NCBI GenBank assembly: GCA_963555825.3
Contig: CAUVXB020000002.1
Span: forward strand, 416,001 to 480,000
DNA length: 64,000 nucleotides
Source of the DNA: Alphaproteobacteria bacterium
GTDB lineage: Bacteria; Pseudomonadota; Alphaproteobacteria; JAAXGF01
Reading direction: 5' to 3'
The notes under the pieces were generated by a model that saw only the letters and a program-made list of their open reading frames with translations, was not told where the DNA came from and did not search any database. This document shows, one piece after another, positions 10,115-20,520 of the stretch. Every line of letters starts with the position of its first letter. The stretch's first letter is position 1. The position numbers and the translations under genes were made by a program.

Positions 10115-11470
10115 CTACTCCGGCAACGGCACCCCCGCCTTCTTGAGCATCGCGGCCTGACGGCGCTTGAGCCGCGCCACGTCGAAGTCCTGGATCAGGT
10201 CTTCGAACAGGGCGTGCCAGTTGATCTCGGCATCCAGGTGCAGGAACACCGAGCCAAGACCGATCGCGGCGCGGTCCATGTAGACGAACTCCTGGGGCGG
10301 GCTCACGCCGCCCAGGCGGCCCAGCTCGCGGTGCACCTTGGCGGCGACCTCGCGGCCGTAGACGCCCGACTTGGTCTCCTCCTGAATGCGCCGGGCGCGG
10401 TCGTCGAGCACCGGGCTGTAGACGAATTGGGCCCACAGGTTGAGCACGTCCAACAGCTCATCGGTCAGGCCGGTGAAGCCCCAGGTCTGGTAGGCATGGA
10501 CCGCGAGATCGCGGTCGTCGTTCTGCAGCGCGTGGTAGAGGTCGATGACGCCGGCGATGAACTTCGGCCGGAAGACGCGGATGCAGCCATAATCCAGCAG
10601 GTTGATCGTGCCGTCGGGGCGCACCGTGTAGTTGCCCAGATGCGGGTCGCCGTGGATGACGCCCCAGTTGTAGAACGGCACGTACCAGGCGTGGAACATG
10701 TTGTGCGCCACGGTGTTGCGCTCGGCGGCGGATCGCCCGACCCAGTCCATCAGGCGGTCGCCCTCGAGCCAGGTCATGGTCAACAACCGGTCGGTCGAGA
10801 GCTCGGCCACTTCCTCGGGCACGTGGACGCCGGGCTCGCGCGCCAGCATGCGGGCGTAGAGCGCCATGTGCCGGGCCTCGAGGTCGTAGTCGAGCTCCTC
10901 GCGCAAGCGGGCGGCGATCTCGGCGTGGATGCGGCTGGTGTCGATCGCCCTGTCGTAGCGCTGGTAGATCGCGAAGACGACCTTGAGCTGCTTCAAATCG
11001 GCCTCGACGACCGAGCGCATGTCGGGGTACTGCAGTTTGCAGGCGAGTTCACGGCCGTCGAGGCCGGTCGCGCGGTGGACCTGGCCGAGCGAGGCCGCCG
11101 CCGCGGCCTGGTGGCCAAAGTCGGCGAAGTGCTCGCGCCAGGCGGGGCCGAGCTCGGCGGCCATGCGGCGTTTGACGAAGGGCCAGCCCATCGACGGCGC
11201 GTTGGCCTGAAGCGCGCTGAATTCCTCGATGTATTCGTCGCGCAGCGCGTCGGGGATGGTCGACATCAACTGGGCGACCTTCATCAGCGGTCCCTTGAGG
11301 TCGCCCAGCGCATGGCGCAGATCGGCGGCCAGTCTGGGCCGGTCGAGCGGCACGCCGAACAGGCGCTCGGCGCCGATGCGCGCGGCGATCGTGCCGATCG
11401 AGGTCGACACGCGGGCGTAGCGCTTGACCCGGCCGCCGAGCGTGTTGTCCTCGGATTGCCGCCGCGCCAT
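10115..11470 (-). CDS. ABC1/UbiB/AarF (COQ8-like) atypical kinase
   Basis: KGPLMKVAQ, AAASLGQVH, KLQYP, EELDY, IHGDPHLGN and LLDYG motifs. Confidence 0.93.
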   Translation of the reverse strand: MARRQSEDNTLGGRVKRYARVSTSIGTIAARIGAERLFGVPLDRPRLAADLRHALGDLKGPLMKVAQLMSTIPDALRDEYIEEFSALQANAPSMGWPFVKRRMAAELGPAWREHFADFGHQAAAAASLGQVHRATGLDGRELACKLQYPDMRSVVEADLKQLKVVFAIYQRYDRAIDTSRIHAEIAARLREELDYDLEARHMALYARMLAREPGVHVPEEVAELSTDRLLTMTWLEGDRLMDWVGRSAAERNTVAHNMFHAWYVPFYNWGVIHGDPHLGNYTVRPDGTINLLDYGCIRVFRPKFIAGVIDLYHALQNDDRDLAVHAYQTWGFTGLTDELLDVLNLWAQFVYSPVLDDRARRIQEETKSGVYGREVAAKVHRELGRLGGVSPPQEFVYMDRAAIGLGSVFLHLDAEINWHALFEDLIQDFDVARLKRRQAAMLKKAGVPLPE

Positions 11471-11475
11471 GCGTT

Positions 11476-11657
11476 TAGACCATTGTCCGGTTACTTTTTG
11501 GTGCGGTCACCTTTGGTGACCTGCGCTCAATCGCCGCGCATGCCAATCTTGATCCCACAAGGACTGGCCGAACGGTCGGCGGCCCCCCTCTTGTTGGGAT
11601 AAGATTGGCGCGGGCTGGTAGGAGCCGGCCGAATTCGATTGATTGGATTACGCACTA
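11476..11657 (-). repeat. Structured intergenic MITE/RIME-like repeat, copy B (full length)
   Basis: Begins at the pepF TAG stop, ends ...CCGGACAATGGTCTA 5 nt before the ABC1 ATG; long stem GCCAATCTT...AAGATTGGC. Confidence 0.88.
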
Positions 11658-13451
11658 ATCGTCTTCTTCGAGCTCGTCGATGAAGCCCGAGATGACGTCC
11701 AGCCCCTTCGACCAGAACGCCGGGTCCGACGCGTCGAGCCCGAACGGCGCCAACAGCTCCTTGTGGCGCAGCGTGCCACCGGCGCGCAGCATCGTGAGGT
11801 AGCGCTCCTGGAAGCCTTGCGCCGAATCCTGGTAGACCGCGTAGAGCGAGTTCACCAGACACTCGCCGAAGGCATAGGCGTAGACGTAGAACGGCGTGTG
11901 GATGAAGTGCGGGATATAGCTCCAGTAGGCGCCGTAACCGTCGTCGAAGCGGATCGCCGGGCCGAGGCTCTCGCCCTGGACGGCGAGCCAGATCTCGCCG
12001 ATGCGCTCGCCGGTCAGCTCGCCGGCGCGGCGCTCGTCGTGTAGCCGGCGCTCGAACTCGCAGAAGGCGGCCTGGCGCACCACGGTGTTGATCATGTCCT
12101 CGACCTTGCCGGCCAGCATGACGCGCCGGCGTTTGGCGTCGTCCTCGGCGCCGAGCATGGCGCGGAAGGTGAGCTGCTCGCCGAACACCGAAGCGGTCTC
12201 GGCGAGCGTCAGCGGCGTGTCGGCCATCAGCGCGCCCCGCTCGGCGGCGAGCAGCTGGTGGACGCCGTGGCCGAGCTCGTGCGCCAGCGTCATGACGTCG
12301 CGCGTCTTGCCCTGGTAGTTGAGTAGGATATAGGGGTGCGCGCTCGGCACGGTGGGATGGGAGAAGGCGCCGGGCGCCTTGCCGGCGCGCACGCCGGCGT
12401 CGACCCAGGCGTTGTCGAAGAAGCGCTTGCCGAGGTCCGCCATCTCGCCCGAAAACGCGCCATAGGCGCCGAGCACGGTGTCGACCGCGGCGTTCCACGG
12501 CACCACCCGGTCGTCGTCGTCGGGCAGCGGCGCGTTGCGGTCCCAATGGTCGAGCGCGTCGACGCCCAGCCAGCGCGCCTTGATCGCGTAATATCGGTGC
12601 GAGAGCCGTGGATAGGCGTTTCTGACCGCGTCGAGCAGCGCGTCGACGACCTCGTCCTCGACCTGGTTGGCCAGGTTGCGCGACGAGATCGGCCGGGCGA
12701 AGCCGCGCCAACGATCCTCGATCTCCTTATCCTTGATCAGCGTGTTGGTGATCAGCGCGAAGCACCGGACATTGGCGCCGAGCACTTCGGTCAGCGCCCC
12801 GGCGGCGCGTTCGCGCAGCGCGGCGTCGGGGTCGGACATGAGGTGCAGCGCCTCGGCGCTGGTCAATTCCTTGCCGTCGATCGGGAAGCGCAGGCCGTCG
12901 ATGGTCTGATCGAACAGGCGCGTCCAGGCGGCGCGCCCGACGACCGATTTGTCGTGCAAGAGCTTCTCGATCTCGTCGGACAGCTGATGGGGCCGGAAGG
13001 CGCGCTGGTCGCGTACCCAGGACGCGTAATGCGCCGCGCCGGGCGTGCCCATCTTGGCGGCCAGCGTGTCGTCGTCGAGCCGGTTGAGCTCGAGCGTGAA
13101 GAACAGGACATGGGCCGAAATATCGGTGATCGCCTCGTGCATGGTCTGGAAGAAGCGGCCGACTTCCGGGTCGTCCACGGCGCCGGCGTGCATCAGCGAG
13201 GCGTAGCTCATGACACGGCCGAGGATCTCCTCGATCGCCTCATACTCGGCGATGGCGTCGCCCAGGCCCGAGCCGTCGATCTCGGCGAGCCGGCCGGCGT
13301 AGCGGCTCTCGAACGCCTCGGCCGACGCGCGCACGGCCGCAAGGTCCTGCTTGAGTTCCGACGACTCGGGTCCCGGATAGAGATCGTTCAGGTCCCAGCC
13401 GGGCAGCATGCCGACCGCCGCCTCTCCGTCATTCACCACCGCATCGCTCAT
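11655..13451 (-). CDS. pepF: M3B oligoendopeptidase F
   Basis: TLAHELGHGVH zinc motif, AETASVFGE, WSYIPHF..PFYVYAYAFG. Confidence 0.93.
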   Translation of the reverse strand: MSDAVVNDGEAAVGMLPGWDLNDLYPGPESSELKQDLAAVRASAEAFESRYAGRLAEIDGSGLGDAIAEYEAIEEILGRVMSYASLMHAGAVDDPEVGRFFQTMHEAITDISAHVLFFTLELNRLDDDTLAAKMGTPGAAHYASWVRDQRAFRPHQLSDEIEKLLHDKSVVGRAAWTRLFDQTIDGLRFPIDGKELTSAEALHLMSDPDAALRERAAGALTEVLGANVRCFALITNTLIKDKEIEDRWRGFARPISSRNLANQVEDEVVDALLDAVRNAYPRLSHRYYAIKARWLGVDALDHWDRNAPLPDDDDRVVPWNAAVDTVLGAYGAFSGEMADLGKRFFDNAWVDAGVRAGKAPGAFSHPTVPSAHPYILLNYQGKTRDVMTLAHELGHGVHQLLAAERGALMADTPLTLAETASVFGEQLTFRAMLGAEDDAKRRRVMLAGKVEDMINTVVRQAAFCEFERRLHDERRAGELTGERIGEIWLAVQGESLGPAIRFDDGYGAYWSYIPHFIHTPFYVYAYAFGECLVNSLYAVYQDSAQGFQERYLTMLRAGGTLRHKELLAPFGLDASDPAFWSKGLDVISGFIDELEEDD

Positions 13452-13588
13452 CCGATTCCGCCCTCCATCGTCGCGCCCCGCCCAATCCTATAGCCATCAC
13501 GCCCGGCGCCGCCATGCCTCAACGCTTGGGCCAGCGGGTGAGTATGTTTAATATCGCCGCCTTGGCCAGCAACAAGATAGTGCGAGGC

Positions 13589-15376
13589 ATGATGCGCGAC
13601 GAGGTGTGGACCAATCTGGCGGCGATGTTTTTCGACTGCGCCGCGGCGGGCGGCGACGCACCCTTCCTGTGGTCGAAGCACGGCGGCGCGTACCGGCCGC
13701 AGTCGTGGCGCGCCATCGCCGACGAGGTCTCGGCGCTGTCGCGCGGCCTGCGCGCGCTCGGCGTCGCGCGCGGCGACCGCGTCGTGCTGGTCTCGGAGAA
13801 CCGGCCCAACTGGGTCGTCGCCGACCTCGCGATCATGGCCGCCGGCGCCGTGCCGGTGCCCGCCTACACGACCAACACGACCGACGATCACGGCCATATC
13901 CTGACCGATTCGGGCGCCACCGCGGCGATCGTCTCGACGTCCGCGCTCGCCGAACGCCTGCTGCCGGCCGCCGACGCCGCGCCCGAGCTGCGCTTGGTCG
14001 TCGCCATGGAGCCTCCCGAGCGCGCCGAGGGGCAAGCGGTCGCGGTCCACGCCTGGGACGAGGTCGTCGCGCGCGGCCGCGCGGCGCCCGACGACGTCGC
14101 CGAACTGGTCGGCCGCCTGACGCGGCGCGACCTCGCCTGCATCATCTACACCTCGGGCACCGGCGGGCGGCCCAAGGGCGTCATGCTCTCTCACGCGGCG
14201 ATCCTGTGCAATATCGGCGGCGCCCACGGGCTGCTGGCCGGGCTCGGCCTGACCGACGAGGTGTTCCTGTCGTTCCTGCCGCTGTCGCATTCCTACGAGC
14301 ACACCGCGGGGCTGCACTTCCCGATCTCGATCGGCGCGCAGATCTACTACGCCGAGGGTGCCGAGACGCTGGCCGCCAACCTGACCGAGGCGCGCCCGAC
14401 GATCCTCACCTGCGTGCCCCGGCTGTTCGAGACCATGCGCCAGCGCATCCTGGCGGGCGTCAAGCGCACCGAGGGCCTGAAGCGCAAGCTGTTCGACGCG
14501 GCGCTCGAGCTCGGCCGCCGGCGCTACGAGGACCCGGCCAGCCTGTCGTTCGGCGACCGGCTGCTCGACCGGCTGGTCGAGCGGCTGGTGCGCGACAAGG
14601 TGCGCGGGCGCTTCGGCGGCCGGCTCAAGGCGCTGATCTCGGGCGGCGCGCCGTTGAACTACGACGTCGGGCTGTTCTTCGTCGCGCTCGGCCTGCCGCT
14701 GTTGCAGGGCTATGGCCAGACCGAGGCGGCGCCGGTCATCTCGGCCAACCGGCCCGAGCGCAACAAGCTGCGCACGGTCGGCCCGCCGCTCGACGGCGTC
14801 GAGGTAAGGATCGCCGAGGACGGCGAGATCCTGGTGCGCGGCGAACTGGTCATGGACGGCTACTGGAACAACGCGGAGGCCACCGCCGAGGCGCTCGCCG
14901 ACGGCTGGCTGCATACCGGCGACATCGGTGTGCTGGACGCCGACGGCTACATCGAGATCACCGACCGCAAGAAGGACATCATCGTCAACTCGGGCGGCGA
15001 CAACCTGGCGCCGCAGCGCGTCGAGGGCGTGCTCGCGCTCGAGCCCGAGATCGCCCAGGCGATGGTGTTCGGCGACCGCCGCCCGCATCTGGTCGCGCTG
15101 ATCGTGCCCGACGCGGACTTCGTCGAGGTCTACGCCGAGACCAACGGCGTCGCCGCCGACCTTGCGGCATTGGCCGCCGACGCCGCCTTCAAGCGTGCGC
15201 TGGGCGCCGCGGTCGAGCGCGCCAACGCGGGCCTCTCGCCGATCGAGCGGATCAAGCGCCACGCCGTCGCCGCCGAGCCCTTCACTGTCGACAACGGCGA
15301 GATGACGCCGACGCTCAAGGTCCGCCGCCACGCCGTCACGGCGCGCTACGGCGCGGTGCTCGAGGGGCTGTATTGA
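13589..15376 (+). CDS. Long-chain fatty acid-CoA ligase (AMP-binding)
   Basis: IIYTSGTGGRPKGVMLSH, QGYGQTE, GWLHTGDIG, TPTLKVRR; start chosen at ATG 13589. Confidence 0.92.
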   Translation: MMRDEVWTNLAAMFFDCAAAGGDAPFLWSKHGGAYRPQSWRAIADEVSALSRGLRALGVARGDRVVLVSENRPNWVVADLAIMAAGAVPVPAYTTNTTDDHGHILTDSGATAAIVSTSALAERLLPAADAAPELRLVVAMEPPERAEGQAVAVHAWDEVVARGRAAPDDVAELVGRLTRRDLACIIYTSGTGGRPKGVMLSHAAILCNIGGAHGLLAGLGLTDEVFLSFLPLSHSYEHTAGLHFPISIGAQIYYAEGAETLAANLTEARPTILTCVPRLFETMRQRILAGVKRTEGLKRKLFDAALELGRRRYEDPASLSFGDRLLDRLVERLVRDKVRGRFGGRLKALISGGAPLNYDVGLFFVALGLPLLQGYGQTEAAPVISANRPERNKLRTVGPPLDGVEVRIAEDGEILVRGELVMDGYWNNAEATAEALADGWLHTGDIGVLDADGYIEITDRKKDIIVNSGGDNLAPQRVEGVLALEPEIAQAMVFGDRRPHLVALIVPDADFVEVYAETNGVAADLAALAADAAFKRALGAAVERANAGLSPIERIKRHAVAAEPFTVDNGEMTPTLKVRRHAVTARYGAVLEGLY

Positions 15377-15402
15377 TTTCCATCTGGGCATAAGGGCTTG
15401 GT

Positions 15403-15858
15403 ATGAGCGACGATCTGACGGTCTATCTTTCGGGTGATATCCACAGCGATTGGCGCGAGCGCATTCGCGAAGGCGTGGCGGCCGCGGGGCTCGACGTGAC
15501 GTTGCTCGCACCGGTTACCGATCATGCCACCAGCGACGCGGCCGGCGTCGCGATCTTGGGCGCCGAGGCGGATGACTTCTGGCGCGACCACAAGGGCGCC
15601 AAGGTCAACGCCATCCGCACGCGCACGCAGATCGAGCGCGCCGATGTCGTCGTCGTGCGCTTCGGCGACGAGTACCGTCAGTGGAACGCCGCCTTCGACG
15701 CGGGCTACGCCGCGGCGTTGGGCACCCCGGTCATCACGCTCCACGACGCCGCGCTCGGCCATGCGCTCAAGGAGGTCGACGCCGCGGCCTTAGCCGTTGC
15801 CGAGACCCTCGAGCAAGTCGTCCGCCTGCTCGCCTACGTCGTCAAGGGAAAGTTGTAG
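15403..15858 (+). CDS. YtoQ-family (nucleoside 2-deoxyribosyltransferase-like) protein
   Basis: VYLSGDIHSDWRE...QWNAAFDAGYAAALG...HALKEVDAAA. Confidence 0.85.
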   Translation: MSDDLTVYLSGDIHSDWRERIREGVAAAGLDVTLLAPVTDHATSDAAGVAILGAEADDFWRDHKGAKVNAIRTRTQIERADVVVVRFGDEYRQWNAAFDAGYAAALGTPVITLHDAALGHALKEVDAAALAVAETLEQVVRLLAYVVKGKL

Positions 15859-15972
15859 ACTGCCATCAACTACCGCTGTTGGTTGTAACGGCGGTTTGGT
15901 CTAAGTTTCGCCACACCGTTGACGCAGGATGCCCGGCCGACGCCCGATCGGCGCCGCCGTGAGCAGACCGAC

Positions 15973-18900
15973 ATGACCGCGAGCCCGCCCGTGACCCCGA
16001 CCGATGCCGCCAACCGTGCCGCGCCCATCTCCTTCGCGCGCTGGGCGCTCGGCGTGCTGGTGCCATTGCTGGCCTACGTGGCGCTTGTGTTCGTCTTGAT
16101 GGGCGAGCGTTCGTGGTCGGTCGGGGCGTATCTGGTGCCGATCGTCTATGTGGCCGTGTTCATCTACCGGTACGGCATACTCAACGGCTGTCGACGAGCA
16201 CACGCGGTCGCGGCGGCGGCGTTTGTCGCCCTGACGGGCGTGGCGTGCTTTGTCTTTCCCGTTCCACCTGGCGTCTTCATCCCAGCGGCGTGGGTCGCCT
16301 ATGTCCTGTTGCCCGGGGTGTGGGTCTGGTATGGAAAATCTAAGTCATTGATTTAGTGCGTTTTTTGTGTCGAGACGAACGGCCGAAATCGGCTATTCGT
16401 GACAATGGGCCGCTCCAAGGCAGGATTTTGTTACGACGGCAGGGTCGAGCAGGGGAAGGTGGGAACGCTCCGCACCGCCAGAAGCGGTACGATGCCGTGT
16501 CTCGAAACCCAACATCGGGAGCATTCCCATGGCAGTATCCCCGCCTCCGGCGCCTTCGTCCATCGATCTTTCCGGCCTGCCTCCTCGGGTCGTCGAGGCG
16601 GCCGCCCGGGTGCTCGCACTGTGTCGCGAGGAGCTTCGTTCCGAGCCGCGCCCCGAGGCGCCCGAGGAGGTCGAGTTGCGGGTGCGTGAGGCCACGAACG
16701 AGTTCGCTCGCGATGTCATGGGCGCCGTCATCGAGAACCGGGACGATGGCGCTTCCCGGATCGAGCGGGACGGGCAGAGCTGGTTCCGGGTCGCGGTGAC
16801 GCCGAAGACGATCATGACCTCGCTCGGTCCGGTGACCTACCGGCGAGCGCGTTACCGCAGCGGCGCGAGCGGGGCATCGCCGGTGCCGGTCGACGAGAGC
16901 CTGGGCCTCGTCGACGATTACCTGACGCGGCCGGCGGCCGAGCTCGGTCTGCTGATGATGGGTCACTGCACGGCCCGGGAAGCGGCGGCGTTCTTTGCGA
17001 AGACCGGCGCCATGACGCCGTCGGTGAGCACCCTGCAGCGCCTGACCCTGAGCATGCACGAATGCTGGGAGAGCCTCGGCCCGGAGACGCTGGGCAGCAT
17101 CCGTGAGGCCGAGGGCATACCGCAGGACGCGACCACCGCCTCGGTCTCCCTCGACGGCGTCATGGTGCCGCTGAGACCCGGCGAGGACGGTCGCGCCAAG
17201 GCCTCCTGGCGCGAGGCTGCCTGCGGCACGGTCTCCTTCCACGACGCCGAGGGCAAGCGCCTGAAGACCCTCTATCTCGGCCGCATGCCGGAGAGCGGCA
17301 AGCTCACGCTGAAGGCGCAGCTTGCAAGCGAAGTCGCACACATCAGGCGAGCACGCCCCGAGATCGGGATCGTCGCTATCGCCGATGGCGCCGCCGACAA
17401 CTGGACCTTCCTGGAGACCCTGTCGCCCGAAACCGAGGTGATCGACTTCTGGCATGCTTGCGAACATCTGCAAACCGCGTCCGACCATGCCGTGGCGCCC
17501 GGCTGGTTCGAGAAGTACCGCGAGATCCTCCGTCACGATCCCCGTGGCGTCGCCAAGGTGATCCGGGCGCTGCGCCACCTTCGCGATGCCGCCGCTGCGC
17601 CGGACCGGGCCGAGACCGAGCGGGAACTCGCCTTCTTCCGCAAGCATCGCCATCGCATGCGCTACCACGCCCTGAAGGAAGAGGGCATCGCCATCGGCTC
17701 AGGCGTGGTCGAAGCTGCCAACAAGACCCTGGTGACACAGCGCATGAAGCGCTCCGGCATGCGCTGGCGGATCGTCGGCGGACAGGCTGTTCTGACCTTC
17801 CGCGCCCTGATCAAATCCGGCCGCTTCGAGCGGGCATGGAAGGCCCTGATCAGCGCAACCGACACACCGGCCAACGACAACATCAGTCCACGTGCAGCAG
17901 CCATGGCAATCGCTGCCTGAACTCAACGAACCAAGCCGCAGACATCACTGCCATGCGAGACTCGCACCCGTTGCCCGGTCCCTTTCCCGCCGTAATCTGG
18001 ATCGTGGCGCCGGTGACGATGGGCGTTCTCCTCGGTTTGGCGCTGTCGATCGCCCATTGGATCGCCTATCCGCACGGCATCCGCTCGTTCTGTCTCTGGT
18101 TCTTGGTCCATGCCGCCGGCGCCGGCGCGGGCGCCGCCCTGCTGGCGTTCTTCATGATCGAGGGTTTGCGCACCGATTACGCCTATCTCGAAGGCATAAT
18201 TTTCTGGTTAGCCGCCTCGCCCCTGGTGATCCTTCCGCATCTCTACCTGACGTGGCTCGCGCATCGACGGACGGCTGTGAACGCCACGCCGGCGACAGAG
18301 CCGAGCTCCTCGAGTCTTCCCGGTCCCCTGTTACGCAACGGGTGCGCCGCGCTTGTCGTCTACGGGGCCGTCGCCGTCGGTCGTGTCGTATCGATTGACA
18401 TGGGTTGGCATGCACTCGCCTGGCCCTACTACGACATGGAGATGGCCGGTGTGTTCGGCTTCTACGATCGGCCCTACGGCGAGGCGCCGATCATGATCGG
18501 CGGGCAGGTTTACTTGATCCCGGCTGAGTGGTTCGACACGGTCGCCGCCAAGGACGAGGACAACGCATTCTATTTCGTCGTCCTGCGCATCCGTTTCGAT
18601 TCGATGGTCGATCGATACGGCGCGCCGCCCGAACTCTTGAGCAGATTTGTCGAGATCAAGCTGAGCGAGGGCCAAACCGAGTTCTCGACCATCCGGAAGG
18701 ACGCCGGGTCCACGGAGGTCGCGTGCAGATCGCGCCATCTGGGCCCCTTGACGACCTGCTGGAACGTCGGCCACGCCATCCCCTTCGTCTGGATACCGCA
18801 GGCCTCCGACTACGCGGCACGGATCGAGCCCGATATCGGCACCGATGGCGTCCTCCTTTTCGACGATGATCCGACGGAACCCGGCTTCGAGATTCGCTGT

Positions 18901-19140
18901 CACAAGTACGAATTCGAATGCGCCATGGTCTTCGACGACGGGCGCATCCAGGTCCTCGTGCGTTTCTCCACGACGCTGTTGCCGTACTGGAACGAGATTC
19001 GCGGGTGGGTCGACTATCAACTCGAGGACACGCGCCGGCGCGCCGAGACGTTCGGCAAGCCGTTCAGGATCGATCTCGATCGGTCACCGATGGATTCGAC
19101 CCGGCACCCGCCTCTTGATGTGAGGCAGCGTCGCCCATGA
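15973..19140 (+). pseudogene. Multi-pass membrane protein with C-terminal soluble domain, interrupted by the ISKra4-like element
   Basis: Removing 16316-17977 rejoins ...VAYVLLPG|PFPAVIWIVAPV... in frame to the stop at 19140. Confidence 0.75.
16316..17969 (+). mobile_element. ISKra4/ISLre2-like (UPF0236-type) IS, transposase 16529-17920
   Basis: IRs GGGTGTGGGTCTGGTATGG / CCATGCGAGACTCGCACCC; 8-bp TSD GTTGCCCG (16308-16315, 17970-17977); motifs ADGA, DFWHA, IGSGVVE..K, RMKRSGMRW. Confidence 0.9.
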
Positions 19141-19560
19141 CCATCGATCCGACAGCCGTCGCAACCGACGTGAGCTGTGACGTGCGGCCCTATCTATGCA
19201 AGGACGACCACTTCCACGGCCTCACCATTTGTTGGCACGAGCGTGAAGCGTTCGCGTCGTTTTCGCCGCCCGACGGCTTCGACCGCAGATTGGCCATAGA
19301 TTCCAGCACGCGCGACGACACCGACTAGTACTTCGGCGGCGCCGAGGAACCGAACGCCTGGTTCGCCTGCTGGGAGTTCAACGGGCTGTGCAACGCCCAG
19401 TTGGAGCGCAACAAAATTCGGCGCAGATTCTGTTCCCTTGGACGCTGCTCCGCCACTGGCGCGGCATCATAGAGGGCGTGCGGCGGAGGCTCGATTCGTA
19501 CTCGTTCCCACGGCACACCCGACGCCGAGACCAAATGTCACGTCATTGTCCATGGGCGTT
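19137..19560 (+). pseudogene. Degenerate paralog fragment of the upstream C-terminal domain
   Basis: Across a stop and a frameshift: AWFACWEFNGLCNAQ../QILFPWTLLRHWRGIIEGVRRRLD resembles upstream FEIRCHKYEFECAM../VLVRFSTTLLPYWNEIRGWVDYQLE. Confidence 0.45.
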
Positions 19561-19625
19561 TCAGCGGGCCAGAAGCATCACGAGATCGTAGTAGTCGATA
19601 TCGGTACTTCGATCGAAACCGATCG

Positions 19626-20330
19626 TCAGAATCCCATCCAGCGGATCAACTTCTTCAAGTGCATCTGCAAGCCCAAATATTGTTCTATTTCGTATGCGGG
19701 ACGTGATCGCTGACCCAACCAATTGACGAACTGAGTCATGCCTGTCCCCACCTGGGCCGTCGCGATCCATTTCGCTTCGACCTTGAACTCGGCCGCCCCA
19801 CCGTTGGTACATGCTTGCAAGGCATCGAGGTCGCGGTAGGTGATTGCAAACAATGGGGAGTCCATGGGGATAATCGGTTTGGGAATCGGGACACCTGGAA
19901 AGTACGGTCTGTTCGGATTCCAGTCGTAATCGTCCCACCATTTAAGGTGGACTTAGCCACCAATCGACGGCATCGGGGTGCCCTTCCAGACGACCAAATT
20001 GGGCGTCACTTCGATCGTGCTTCGATGACTGGCAAAGAACAGGTCGGACGGGCCGACAACCCTAACCGGCTCATTATGCTTCGCACTCGTCCCATTCGAT
20101 TCGATTGATGCGCACAGCTGACGATTGGTCAATTTGCCTGCAATCGGGACTGCGGTTGGTACAGCGGGCCTTATCCAGGGCTTGGGAAAATGCCATATAT
20201 GGGGTTCCCGGCATGCCGTTGGCAAGAATGGCGAACAAGTGACTAATAGGCAATTGTCCGTTCACAAAAGCCCATTCAAATATCGCGCCCCAGGTAATGT
20301 TCTAGACTTTCGATGCGGGCTTCGTGATCA
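19626..20330 (-). pseudogene. Lower-GC hypothetical gene remnant, partly repeated in garbled form at 20560-21150
   Basis: Frame fragments (AFSQALDKAR; GTSAKHNEPVRVVGPSD; SPLFAITYRDLDALQAC) broken by stops and frameshifts; the same blocks recur in order downstream. Confidence 0.4.
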
Positions 20331-20420
20331 CGCGTTTTGATTGCATGGCTGACCCACTCTACCAAGCACGGAAGCAGATGAGACCGTTTTGTCCCGCCAC
20401 CTGGGCCGGGAAGCCATCCG

Positions 20421-20520
20421 ATGACCGCTAACTTCGCCAGCGGCACGGACGCTTGATACGTTCTGATCTACCTTGACCCGCCGTTTAACAGCAACCGGCG
20501 ATGGCAAGGCGGCCGGCGTC
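20421..20520 (+). pseudogene. Remnant of an N6/N4 DNA methyltransferase
   Basis: 20463-20498 encodes LIYLDPPFNSNR (motif IV DPPF), preceded by MTANFASGT and followed by KAAG. Confidence 0.55.

Noticed and set aside
17458-17969. 560-aa ORF starting inside the ISKra4-like element
   Set aside because: Chance open frame through the IS end; the true N-terminus is at 15973, before the IS.
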